From NCBI GenBank assembly GCA_036172245.1, contig JAYWIR010000048.1:62001-126000 (forward strand): a DNA stretch of 64,000 nucleotides, in the 5' to 3' direction. Source of the stretch: Raillietiella orientalis. Lineage: Eukaryota. A program made the position numbers and the translations under genes. The notes under the pieces were generated by a model, which was not told the DNA's origin, ran no database searches, and was given only the letters and a program-made list of their open reading frames with translations. How positions within the stretch are numbered: the first letter of the stretch is position 1; every line of letters begins with the position of its first letter. Below, piece by piece: positions 52,401-64,000 of this stretch.

Positions 52401-55273
52401 AAAGCTTGTGAACTAGGTGGCGGGAAGGCTTTATTTCAGGATAGCAAGATGAACTCCCGACACCTCTTCGTCCTATCCCTGCTGCTTCTGCGTGGTGAGT
52501 ATTCAGTGTGATGTGTATTAACGAATGGTCTCCGAGTATTGAAAAAGATAATTTCTTGAACCCATACTGCCAAGATAATGCACGGGGAAAAGGTTTTCAC
52601 ACACCCCTCCGTACCCGTCATGGTTTTTTCCTTTGAGAATGGAACGTGAGATCTGTGCCATAGAACAAACATTGTATTGCTCGGAACAGCTCTTGGGTTT
52701 TTCGATAAAACATCCCCACGAACGTATTCTTTCTGCTTGGAGGAACAATCTATTTTCCTGCCTTCTCGGGTCTCCGTTCCCCGAAACGCATCCGTTTGCA
52801 CCCAAATGTCTCACTGAGAACGAAACGTCTTCAACGAAAGCGCGCGTTCTCACTGGAAAGCGCGGAAACGAAGCTCTCGATTCAAAATAGCCGTTGACCT
52901 TTCCATGCTTCTGATAGAAATGAATGATGGACGCAGCCATGTAACTGAGGATGTCGATTTTCGGATAAAATAGAGGAATTCACCTGCACCAGAAACACGG
53001 AAGCATCACACCAGAATGACGGATAAGGATAGAGAAAAGCATCCACATGGTAGAAGGTGCACACTTCCTTCCAATGTCTGTGAGCAAACGAATGTTTTCT
53101 TGACCCCACGTGAAAACTTCCGCACCTCCGCGCCATGTATATCCCTCGCATCTTTTTTTTTTTTTTTTGAAACTTTACTACTCCCTTATTCCAAAACAAA
53201 TCTGACGTTTTCAAAGGTGAATGAATGGGGTGGCACAGTTTTCCTTTTGCTAATTCTCACAATTGCCAAGCTGACATGCACAGGCAACGTCCTCGGGAAT
53301 TGCAGAGGCATGCAGGAGCTGAACACTTTCGATTTTTTGGCTCACGTTTGCACTTGCAACTTTTTGTAATCTCCTTTGCAGGTCAGGGCTATGATTCCAC
53401 TGGACCTAACCTGCAAATCCTCGAAAGTGTGGTATACCTACCTACGGCACATCATCGGTGAGAATGCTTCGCAAATACGACAGCAATAACATTCCTTTTC
53501 AAGACTTTTATCACAGTATTTTTCTAATGTTCGTCGGACTTTCGAGGCAACCGTGAGAGCGATCGCCAGAAGCCATCCTGACCACAAATGGATTGTAAAA
53601 GACGTGATATCTGATTCTGTGACAGATACTCTGAACAAGATTTCCATGTTTATCGATGACACAATTTTCGATTTGGCGATGGGGAATCTCGAAGGCATTA
53701 AGAGTGGCTGGACTAGGTCAGTTGTTGCATCTGGTCACAGTACTTTATTTTCACCATGGAGCTTGTAGCATGGTTCCTTTGAATTTCGAGCAGACTCATT
53801 TGTTCCTTATTCCAGATTAATAAAGGAAATCACTGAAAAATGTGCATCAGAAAGGAACGCGATCTGCAGTGTCCTGCGCTCGTTGGACAGGAATCCTTGG
53901 ATGGGATTCATCCCGTTGTTAAGTGCAACCGTCAGAATCGCAGCAATGACAGTGGCACTTGTAGAACATATTCGCGCCCTAAATGTGCAGGCGGTCGACC
54001 CTGGAGTGAGAAATATACTTGCACTAGTTGTTTAAAGTCTACAGTTCACGTTGATGTCCAGAATAAACATGATATTTGGTTTCATTTGGTGAAATTACAA
54101 CTTTCGGAAAGATGACTCGGCCTTTCATATTGCAGGTTCGTTTTTTCAAGACAAGGAAAGTAAAAAGGGCATAGTGGATAACACCTACCTCCCGTTCACC
54201 GTCGTGTACTTTCGATCTCCCGCTCATTTTTGTTCCCTAGTACCCTCCGAAAACTTCAACAACTGGACATTATTCTCTCGAACACTTTGACATCATAAAT
54301 AGTTAAGGTAACCATCAAGTCAGATTATTTCTTGCAAAGAATCCTCCTTCAATGTTTGTCATAATAAGAAAAGCATACCGTAATCGCACAATAGTTCACC
54401 GCCACTAATTGGAAACCAGTGGCGATGAACAACTGTTGTACTCCAAATCTAGACCTTGATCTTGAGTGCTCCACATTTTTTCGTGTGTACACTGAATTGG
54501 AAGGCTCATTTAATTTCAAGATGCACTGTGCAAAGAAATAACTCATTTTTACGCAAATGTGTTCATCCTTGGAGCATTATGCCACGTTCGCGTGAAAGTC
54601 ACGGTGAAGGGGCCAGGTTTGATGATTCGGAAGACTCGAAAACACTTGGGTTTTCCTAACTCTGCTGTATGTTCCATTTACTATGCATGCTTACTTTGAA
54701 GTCCTTTAAAGTTCATGGTTCATTTCCACACCATTCATTTTTCATCAGCACTCATTGCAAAAGTCAGTCACTTGCCCCAAGCTGAAAATTATTTTCTCGG
54801 TATTTCTACTTGACTTGGAGACATCGGAAACTGATGCGATTTGGGAGTCATCTCATTATGGAGCCAGCAAACAGATTCTTTGCAAAATTTTTGCCTCTCT
54901 AAAATAGGGTGTAAGATTTAGGCTTGCAATTGTTTCATGAGAAATGAAAATCATCCACCTTAATGCAAGGAAACAGAGCTGCAAAATAATACTGCTACCC
55001 TCTTGAAATGAACATTACATAAAGGTATTTATTTAATTTAAAATTCGTTTGTTAATATATACAGGTAATGTCGAAACTATTCGATTTTATTAATAATAAA
55101 ATAACAGGCAAGCATCTAAAAATAGTTTATATTTGGAATTCCCTAGGAATATACCTAAATTACATACATAACTTTCAGATATGTTTTTTTTTTGGTTAAC
55201 CTCATCACTTACACAGGAAGATGGTTACCAATTTATTGCATCCACCTAGTCTGATAACATTTCAGTTCACAAC

Positions 55274-56745
55274 TTAATTGGAGGCATGCTTTCTCACTGT
55301 ATTGTTCATCTGAATTGACTTCCATTCATATTTGCTAGATGGATTCATTTGAAACCAATCAAAACATTTATAATCAATAGCATCAATTAAATTATTTGAT
55401 AACTGATTTGCAAAAAACTTGCATACTGGAATGATTTGTTTTTCATCAACACATTTCTTATACTCTTGGGTAAAGACTTCATGAAATGTTAGGGAAGACA
55501 TTATCTTTTCTTGGACCAACTGGACACTTAACTCTTGTTGCAATCTTTCACAAATGCATGCTTTTTGTGCCAATTTCTGGAAGAAAACAATCCATCAAGA
55601 TATCTTAGTCCATCACAATGAATAAGCAGCATTCAATCAAAAGCATGGATATTTGATAGTGCCATTTGTGGAAAATATTCAACTATGCAACATGATGCTT
55701 AAATGAACATGGTTGTTGAATTTCAAAACTCAGACTTGAAAGAAAAGGTAATATAAATATCAAAAAGTATTGAAAATTCAAAGCAATGAAATTTTCAGAA
55801 AAAGATAAAAAACAAATATGAAACACTTTTTTAAATGTTACAAAATGTTCTTTAATAAAATAGACAGTGTAAGTTCAAGACTTAAGGCAGAAATGTGAAA
55901 TTCGTTGGATTCGAGTCAGATTTGCGTTGCGATTCTTACTCGATATATTCTCTCTTCACTGTCTCGAACTGCAGAACAATTGGTGTTTTTCAATTTCATA
56001 ATCTCATCATGAGATTCTGAAAGATGTTGAAAATATTCCTCATTTCTTTTGAGAAATGCTGGTAATCTCAAAACTTCGTTTTTCATCCTTCCCTTAATAA
56101 ATGCATTCATCGTTTGATGTCAGTTCAGATTCTTTTCTTGAATTCTGCAGAAAATGCATACCGTTATATCATTAAGCATCCGATCAAGCTCCATCTTCAA
56201 ACGAATTTCTAAATACTCCATGCTATCACTATATGATTGACCAGCATACTTTTTCTTCAGAAAATCCTCGGCCCATTGAAGAGTGCTTTTGATGCTTCGA
56301 TCAAACATATTGCAAACTAGTTATAAGAAAAATGGGGGTCTACATTAGCACCGGGTATTTACACGCACAGGGCATGGAATACAAAACTTACTGCCATCAC
56401 ACAGGCATTGCACTGTAAAACGTAGTTTTACAAAGGCAAACTCTTCCAGCAACTTTTCAAACATTTCGGGATTCATGGTTTCCAATGTTTTGGACAACAC
56501 CCAAGCTTTTCTGCAAAGACCACACTTCAAAATTGGCGGGCAGTCGGAGCACCGCTCTAAATGCGTTCATCTTCTTCCCGGAGGAAAAAGAATGTATTCG
56601 AAATTACATTATTTGGAAGACATCGATGATTCTGCATTTGCTCAATTCATACTTATCCGTTACCTTGTGATGCAAAATTCGAAATTATTTTTCTGATGAA
56701 GTCGTTTCTTATTGCAAGCTCAGATAAATTACAAAATTCTTCAAC
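55274..56745 (-). CDS. Putative uncharacterised multi-exon gene or pseudogene
   Basis: Several same-strand, protein-like ORF blocks (56345..56530, 56120..56308, 55916..56110, 55274..55573), some bounded by ag|...|gt sites. No family was recognised and the full splicing was not resolved. Confidence 0.35.
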
Positions 56746-57466
56746 CTACATCAATATTTGTGTGAAAAAACACAATTAATTTCCATTCGAAAGGTTCATC
56801 GGTAATAGTATTTCTAATATAACCTTCATGAACGCTAATTTCTGAAATTTATGCATTCGTAACAAAATAGTGATTCTGAAGTATGTAAGCTCGATTATTA
56901 TCAGCACACCAATTTAAACGAGAAATAACTGATGAAGACATGAACCATAGGAAAAATTGAATACGAAGTGCTTATTCGGATTTCCACAGAATAAACTCGA
57001 GATGTGTATTCATTCAGAAGGAGGGATATTTCTCCATGTTGTTTCAAGCGCCTTTGGCAAAGCTCATGTTCCTATTATATTTTTTTTTGTATGTTATTGG
57101 TACTTTGGAACAATTTCTTAAAATGCTCAGAGATTCCAGTTCGTCCCAAACGAGATGCAAAAAAATATCAAAAATAATTCAAGTGACGAAAGCAAAGTTG
57201 ATGTTTACTATGTATTTTTTAATCTTTCATGAAAGCCAATCAGCAGTTTTAAACACTCTTTCTACGTATTCACTACGACTCCGTTTTACAATGAGCAGCA
57301 GAATTACCGGTAATGGATTTTTAGGGAAATCCCAATTTGCCATTTGATTCTGAAGACTTTATATATATTTATGAAAGAAAATACACATGCTTTTAAAATG
57401 TCTGGAAAATATTACCCACCCCAAAATGAAAGTTGGCGTGATATCTAATGAAAATTTAAATAAACC

Positions 57467-57569
57467 AAAATTCTTAAGAAACTAGAAAAACAGACTTTAT
57501 AAACAAGGACCAAGGAGAAGTTTTCCATTAGTAACAAAGCCTTTATCGAAGGTTAATCGGGAATGAAAC
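57467..57569. repeat. ~100-bp direct repeat, copy 1
   Basis: ttaagaaactagaaaaacagactttat...atcgggaatgaaac is nearly identical to 58443-58542. Confidence 0.92.
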
Positions 57570-58410
57570 TTTATTTAGCATTTGGATTACTTTATTTAGC
57601 AATGGAAGCAAAAACTGTTGCTGGAATGGCTCTGGAGAATCTTTCGCAAATGATGTTTCCTCCGTGTTCTTCACGGTTCCTTGGTGCTCTCTTCCAGGGC
57701 GAGAGCATTGTCCATATCATCTGGTTGGGCTGCATTTTTTCTTCTTACATGTGTTGCATAGATGCTACTTGAGAAGCGGATGCAGGTGGCTACCATCCGC
57801 TGTCGTAGCCTTATCAGCTCCTTCTTCGGAATTCCTAGGTATTGTAGAACGTGTCGTTTTCAGGATTCCATGCTCCAAGTGGGATGATAAGGATCGCTGC
57901 ACTCTGGTTATTTTCCCAGTGTTTCCGAGTTGCATGGCGACATCCTGGTATTTGGCTTCCTTTATTTTCCTAGGTGTGGTGAACGCCTCCTTTCCGTTTT
58001 CAAATGGGCAGGAGTTGTCCAGCACACCTATTCGACCGCTTTTTTTTAAAACCAGGTCTGGTTTTAGGATGGAGGTGGTTCCTGGCACTCTGCGATTACT
58101 TGATACCAGAGTCCATTTGGCTCCATCCATTGCGGCCTTCTTGATAATTTCCAGGATAGCTTCATGGCGTTGCATTGTCAGAGGCGTGTGCTTTTTATAT
58201 CTGTTGAGCACGTGTAATAAAGTCTCGTCCTCGGTTCCGCAGCGCCGACATATCCTTTCATGAACCCTCTTCGTTGGTCCAGAGTTTAGTGGCAGAAGGT
58301 TCAGTCCTGCCGTATGGATGAACCTGTAGTCTTGGTATCTTAGGTGGATTCCGTTTGAATGGAAGAAGCTTGAAGAGTAATGCATGCCCACACACTGCAT
58401 GGCCTTCCCT
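57570..58410 (-). mobile_element. 5'-truncated NeSL/Utopia-like element (CCHC finger plus REL endonuclease)
   Basis: RFIHTAGLNLLPLN, CRRCGTEDETLLHVL, RHEAI, KPDLVL, DNSCPFENGKEAF...KEAKY, then a frameshifted LGAWNPEND...IRFSSSIYATHV tail. Confidence 0.85.
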
Positions 58411-58442
58411 CGACTAACGTGGTTTCCAATGAGGGATTGCGA

Positions 58443-58542
58443 AAAATTTTAAGAAACTAGAAAAACAGACTTTATAACAAGACCAAGGAGAAGTTTGCCA
58501 TTAGTAACAAAGCCTTTATCGAAGATTAATCGGGAATGAAAC
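58443..58542. repeat. ~100-bp direct repeat, copy 2
   Basis: Nearly identical to 57467-57569, with a few substitutions and 1-nt indels. Confidence 0.92.
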
Positions 58543-60785
58543 AGTTTAGCACACACTAATTTTCATCTGCAGTAGTCTGGAAGATCTCTCTTTGAGTTGT
58601 TCGAAACTGAGGATTCATTGAAATTCTTATCTTGAAAATGTCGAAATGCATTCACATTTCCAAATTAATTTTTCAATTTAATAATTCTGATGAACTGGCT
58701 GTATATATAAGGTGTCACACTTACTTTCTCATTATTTGTGCGCATTCATATTTATTCCATTAGTAAAAAGCACTACAATAAGATATTGATTTCATTTCTT
58801 AAATCCTAACAATAGAAGAGATTGCATTACTGTCGGCAGTCTAAGTTTTGTGGATCTTCAAAACATTGCTGCCAAGATGTGAAAAATTTTTCAAGTTCAG
58901 ACCAATCAACCAATTGCTATTTTGATAACAAATTGAAACCTTTCACATACTGAATGAAGATATTACAGATGAAATTATCAATGAAACAGATTGAACATCA
59001 AAGATTGTTTAGTTCAGCACATTAGTTGATGAAATAGTGAACATAAACTGATACAGTTCATCTTATATCTGTCAAATTTTCTCACACCTGAGGAAGAATA
59101 GGGTGTCTTCGATTCGATACATAATGAAATGTTACATTTCACTGGTACCGGGTTGGATAATGCAATGCATCTTCAACCGTCATAGCATTTAAGCAATGAA
59201 TTGCATCCGTCTTTTCTCTAGACCAAACCATGAATTTTGATAGCGTCTTAAGATTAAAGTAAATCCAATTAGCCTGCATTCATTTTATACATCAGTTTTA
59301 TTCTCCAGCTACATCACCATTGCATTAGTCTTTTTCCATCAAAAAGTTTATGCTTATGTATGTCTTGAATTCTCGAAACAAACGAATCATTGCATATTGT
59401 GTCTACTCGGTGATTCCATTGAAACTGAAATCATACTACCATTAGAAAACTGCATTTCATTTTAACTCTAAGCTCAATAGTCTTAATGTATGTGTGAATC
59501 GAACAAAAATGGAATTTTCTGTGTACATTTTTTGAGAAACACAAATATTGTGCATGCTGTCTTTAAAATGTATTTCAATTGGGCCGCAGTAAGTAGTCTT
59601 TCTGCTTCTTATGATCTTAAAGTACGAATAAGGAAGGTTAACACCCAACCTACGGCCTAGTCATACGTGAAACTTATATTTCTGCTCATTCCTGCTTTCT
59701 GTTTCTGTTTGATATCTCTTTCGAGAAAAAAAATGATGCTTGCTTGTCACACATGGGTGATTCTTTGAAGGTGATTCAACCATGTCATCTTCTAGGCGTC
59801 CTAGGTTAGAGTGTGGATATTTTTCAAAGAATGTACAAGTTAGATGAATGGAAGCGGTGGCTTTACAGCAATGCAGTAAATATGGAGCAGCAATAGGCAC
59901 AACTCTTTTCTTCCAATCATGAAGTCACCGCATGAAATCGAGGATGATGCAGTGGCAAAAGCATCACCAAATCAATTTCCGGTCAGAGTGGAACGTTATT
60001 TCGGAGGAGCTTTCCTTGACAGGAATATCAGGATAGCTTATTTACCGACCTTTGACTCGACTTCTCCCTTTCGACTCACACTTCGTAAATCTCCACCATG
60101 CAACTTGCATGGGTGTCTTGGGGAATCTTTTACTTCAAATATCCCAATAAGTCACTATTCAATTTACAGCTTTGTTTTCTATCGTATTCGGCAGTTGTTA
60201 TGAAGACTGTCGAGAGGAAAAGAGCAAGATCGTTTCAGAGTCTAGCAGCCATGTACGTCTAGGTGTACATTTTTAAATATACAGTTGTGAAGTTGGTGAG
60301 ACCTGATACAGAACGAAACGTTGACGTTCGATTGCACAGCGTAGGATAAACGTTAGAAGAGTGTACGGTGGAACAACCTGAAAAGTTTACGTTTCTCAGT
60401 ATTACTGCTCGAAGCAACCAAACGGATGGCATTGCGTTACGACAGAAGGCGACCTCGTTGAAGGTATACGTCAACTGCTCGTACATGAATCCACGATCCA
60501 CAGATTCGACGTACCGTACGATATGGAACGCGAACTGGAAGGGAAGTTTTCCTGTTCCAATAAACCTAATAATTTATGCCCTGAAGTGTCAGATAGTAAG
60601 CGATAAGGATGCTGTTGGGCCTTTTTGTTTCCATTGGGTGTGTGTTCTCAACACGATAGAGAAACTGCTGAGTGTAGGAAGTGATGTGAAAAGTGGTGCT
60701 CGTGCTTGAGGTGTGTTGCGTTACCGATGTGCAAATTATGCATTGGTGTGAGTAAAACAGGAAGATAGTGATTTCATAAAAAGAC

Positions 60786-63543
60786 ATGAATATTCTCTAC
60801 CAGTGCAAACCTTTGGTATTTAAAAACCATGGATTCGAAGACGATTTCATCATTTCAGATAATATTTTAGGTTGTGGTGTTAATGGAAAAGTTCTGGAAT
60901 GCATTAGAAAACAAGATGGAGTCAAATATGCATTAAAGGTATTGCATACATTAAGTCACGGAAAAAAACTTATCACAGGGAACTATGTTTTTATGATGTA
61001 TATCGATTTTAGTTTTCTTCATCCAATTTTCCAATTTTTAGATACTGAGAGATAACCCTAAATCCAGGAGAGAAGTGGAAATTCATTGGAAGTTGTCATC
61101 TAGTAAATACATTGTGAAAATTATTGATGTGTATGAAAATGTGGTACATAACCAGAACTGCTTATTGGTTGTTATGGAATGGTAGTATTTTTTGTTTACA
61201 AAAATGTTTCCAGAGTAGACAATTTTAATAATATCGATGAATGTGTTGGCGATCGAAAGCGAATATATTTCGCAGTCTGAAATTTGCATCTGTGAAACTT
61301 TGGTACAAGATTTAAAATTCATGGAATGAATGCCATTTTTTCAATCAAGCATTTTCAAGATAAGAAAATGTCAACACGCTTTGTTTGCTAGTCTACCAAG
61401 CACGAAAAAAAAAACTTTATCGTGACATGGTGACACCTGGCGCCCTGTATTATTTCAGTTTCGTGATATCATACCATATCAAAGATCCTGATGAAGTATT
61501 ATTTCGATTAAGATATTCAACGGATTGATAGGATACAGCGGATATTTTTAGTTTAAGTTTGTCGAATCCACAATAGCTGTGGAATTGAAGTTTGTAAAAT
61601 GGCCAATTTCTGGATTTTTGGTTAATATTCTTCATGTTCACTGCTATTGTCATACAAGGATTTTCATCTCTTTTAACTCGATTTGAGAATGATTTTGGTA
61701 TTTGTTTGCTTGTTTTATTGTCACATTATTAAAGTAGTTTTTTTAGTGTGTTATTATTTCTTCTTTGGCCCTATGTACACTTTTTCCTACGGTGCAAAGG
61801 ATGTATTTTGAATTTAGTCCAGTTCCCAATTTTTATGTTGCAAATAATGCTTTAATAAAATTTCTTTTGGCTTGAATGCAGAATCTAACAAAGTGAAACG
61901 TTGAGTTTATCTAGTGATTACTTTGGTGAAAAGTAAGATTTGGGTGTCAAAGCAATTTTGTTTTAAAACCCTGACATGTCATTAATCTTCCCCTTATTTA
62001 TTTTGAATTGCTTTTCTCTTTAGACTTCGAGGTTTCTTTACAGATGTGAATCTGGAAGTTCAAATTTCTTGTGTTTTCCTTCAGCTATTGAAAGACAGTT
62101 TAAGTGTCTTGCAGCATTGTTAGGTTTCTGGTTTTTGATTTCATAGTTTAGAAGAGTGCATTCATGTCCATGATTGCTTTCTGTGTTACTTATTAGTATT
62201 TGTTATCACAAAAATGCAGGATTTTGAAAATTTTCTTAGATGATTTATCTATAATAGAGAAACCAAACAATAAATTTTTGTTTTTTTTTTTCCATTTGCT
62301 TTGTTGATTTTTTTCAGTTTTCAGTCTGTCGTGTCCTGACTTTATATTTCTGCTTTAGTGAATTTCGATAAAGTTGGTTTGAAAATTTAATCTTTCTGAA
62401 TTAATAGTACTGATGTGTAATAACTTCCAAAGTGCCATTCACATGATACATTTGATTGTAAACTCTCTTGTTAGTATTCTTGTTTGTTATGCTCTCAAAA
62501 AATGTATCTTTCAAAAGTTTATCATTTAAATATAAGTTTTGACATTAAAATAGTAAAGAAGTTCTGATATAAAAATAATGTAAGAATAAAAGGGAAATAC
62601 CATTTTCATCTTAATTATTCTTAAGACAGGAATTCTGTAAATTGAGGATACATGAAGTTATCTGTGTTACTGGTGATGTTAATTTGATTTTATTTGCAAA
62701 TTTACTTCAATAGTGTTTAATTTCATAATGTGGATATCCATCTTTTTAATATTGTTTGCAAATGCTGTTCTTTGTTCTGTTCCATATGTACTTACGTGCA
62801 GCTTTAAATGATAAGCAGTTCTTTTATGAATTATTCAGCAGAACTAGTCCCAGCTACTGTTTTTTATTATTTGGTGCATGTGATTTGGAAAACGGGTATC
62901 TGAAACTTAATGACTTTCATTTATATCCTGTAATCCTATATAACTTCATTTGTATCATGCATGGATGTGTCTGGTTGCAATATTAGATTTAAATATTCTG
63001 TTGGCGTGCAGGCTAATGGTTACTTTCATTTGGTTTTTTAGTATTATCACTTCAGAAGTCTCTATGAAGTTAAATAAAACAGGATGGGGAAATTCAAAAC
63101 ATAATAACTGATGTTTGGGTATGGTATGCTTAGGGTGAATACATCATAATAATGGTATTACACAAAAATCAACAACTCAAACACTAATTCGTGTAAAGTG
63201 TATGCTTAAGTAACAACTGAAGACAACAGAACAAATTGATCCATAGATTTTCAGTTCCCTAATTTTCAGTTATTTTTGTATACTTGGAAGATGCTTGTTT
63301 GAGTTAGTTTTGGATGCTTATAATACACCACCATTCTGTAATTTTCAGTTTTTAGATTTCGAATGTAGTTTATAATTAATATTGAAGCTATAATTTTTGA
63401 TTCAGAGGGAGTATGATCTAGGTATTACATTATTACACTTCTTACTAGCCCTCATGCATTCATATACAATTATTTCAGTATGGAAGGTGGGGAATTGTTC
63501 CAACGTATTCAACAACGAAAAGATGGTGCATTTACTGAAAGAG
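60786..63543 (+). CDS. MAPKAPK2: MAP kinase-activated protein kinase 2/3 homolog, first three exons (gene continues past the window)
   Basis: Exons 60786-60938 (LGCGVNGKVLEC...YALK), 61042-61181 (LRDNPKSRREVEIHW...IDVYEN...LLVVME) and 63479-63543 (MEGGELFQRIQQRKDGAFTERE), joined by in-phase GT-AG junctions. Confidence 0.9.
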
Positions 63544-64000
63544 GTAAATTTTATGTAGTTTTTTTCAAATAGTTTTATTTGGCCGTATTTGTTTGTATAT
63601 CTATTTTTTTGTAAAGCATAAAGCAACCTGCATAAGTATCACCGAGCGGTACTTGCTGTTTACTGTTGTTGAAGTAGAGTTCCTTTAATTTCGATAAGCA
63701 AACAGCATTTAAAGTTTGTCAAGTGATAATTTTCAAGTAAATTAATTAATGAAAAGTAATATTGGTGGTAAATTTCGAGATTGTGGAACGCGAAATATTA
63801 ACTTTTTAATGCATCGAATTATCATTGTAACAGTATGATTACCATATAGGTCTGGAGTTTAGCTCTTGCATTTGGAATGTGAATATTTGAGTACAAACAT
63901 CGATAAATGCCTGGGTATGACTGGAGGAAATTTGACAGCAGATTGGCTCATTTTTCACGTATTCAGTTGGTTAAAATATATATAAAGATAGATGTCGATG

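Noticed and set aside
59085..59140. CTGAGGA-gaat..attc-GATA hammerhead-like arrangement
   Set aside because: The GAAA box reads GATA, stem I does not pair, and no Penelope element is seen nearby.
1..64000. CRISPR arrays, rRNA, tRNA or prokaryotic operons
   Set aside because: No regularly spaced repeats, cloverleaf folds or rRNA motifs were seen, and the genes have spliceosomal introns.

Overview
This is eukaryotic genomic DNA, apparently from an invertebrate animal with compact genes and many 40-51 nt GT-AG introns. Four host genes are recognisable: a TruA-family pseudouridine synthase (PUSL1-like, +), MFAP1 (-), NSF (+) and the 5' exons of a MAPKAP kinase 2/3 (+). They lie in AT-rich DNA separated by GC-richer islands of decayed non-LTR retrotransposons. 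The remnants include L1/Tx1-like pieces (CCHC-knuckle ORF1, APE endonuclease, RT, zf-RVT) and two NeSL/Utopia-like REL endonuclease tails. The strongest unexplained pattern is one L1/Tx1-like family, here called family A, with at least 7 divergent 3' ends. These share an unnamed C-terminal protein motif and, in most copies, a structured 3' UTR and a GC-rich motif right after AATAAA in place of a poly(A) tail, which could be a specific target site or a self-tandem junction. Also notable are a 35-nt U2 snRNA 5' fragment, a ~100-bp direct repeat around a Utopia-like tail with a U2-like junction, and a spliced-leader-like sequence in an NSF intron. No intact mobile element, CRISPR array, rRNA or tRNA was seen. 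Element boundaries are approximate and all family calls were made by eye.
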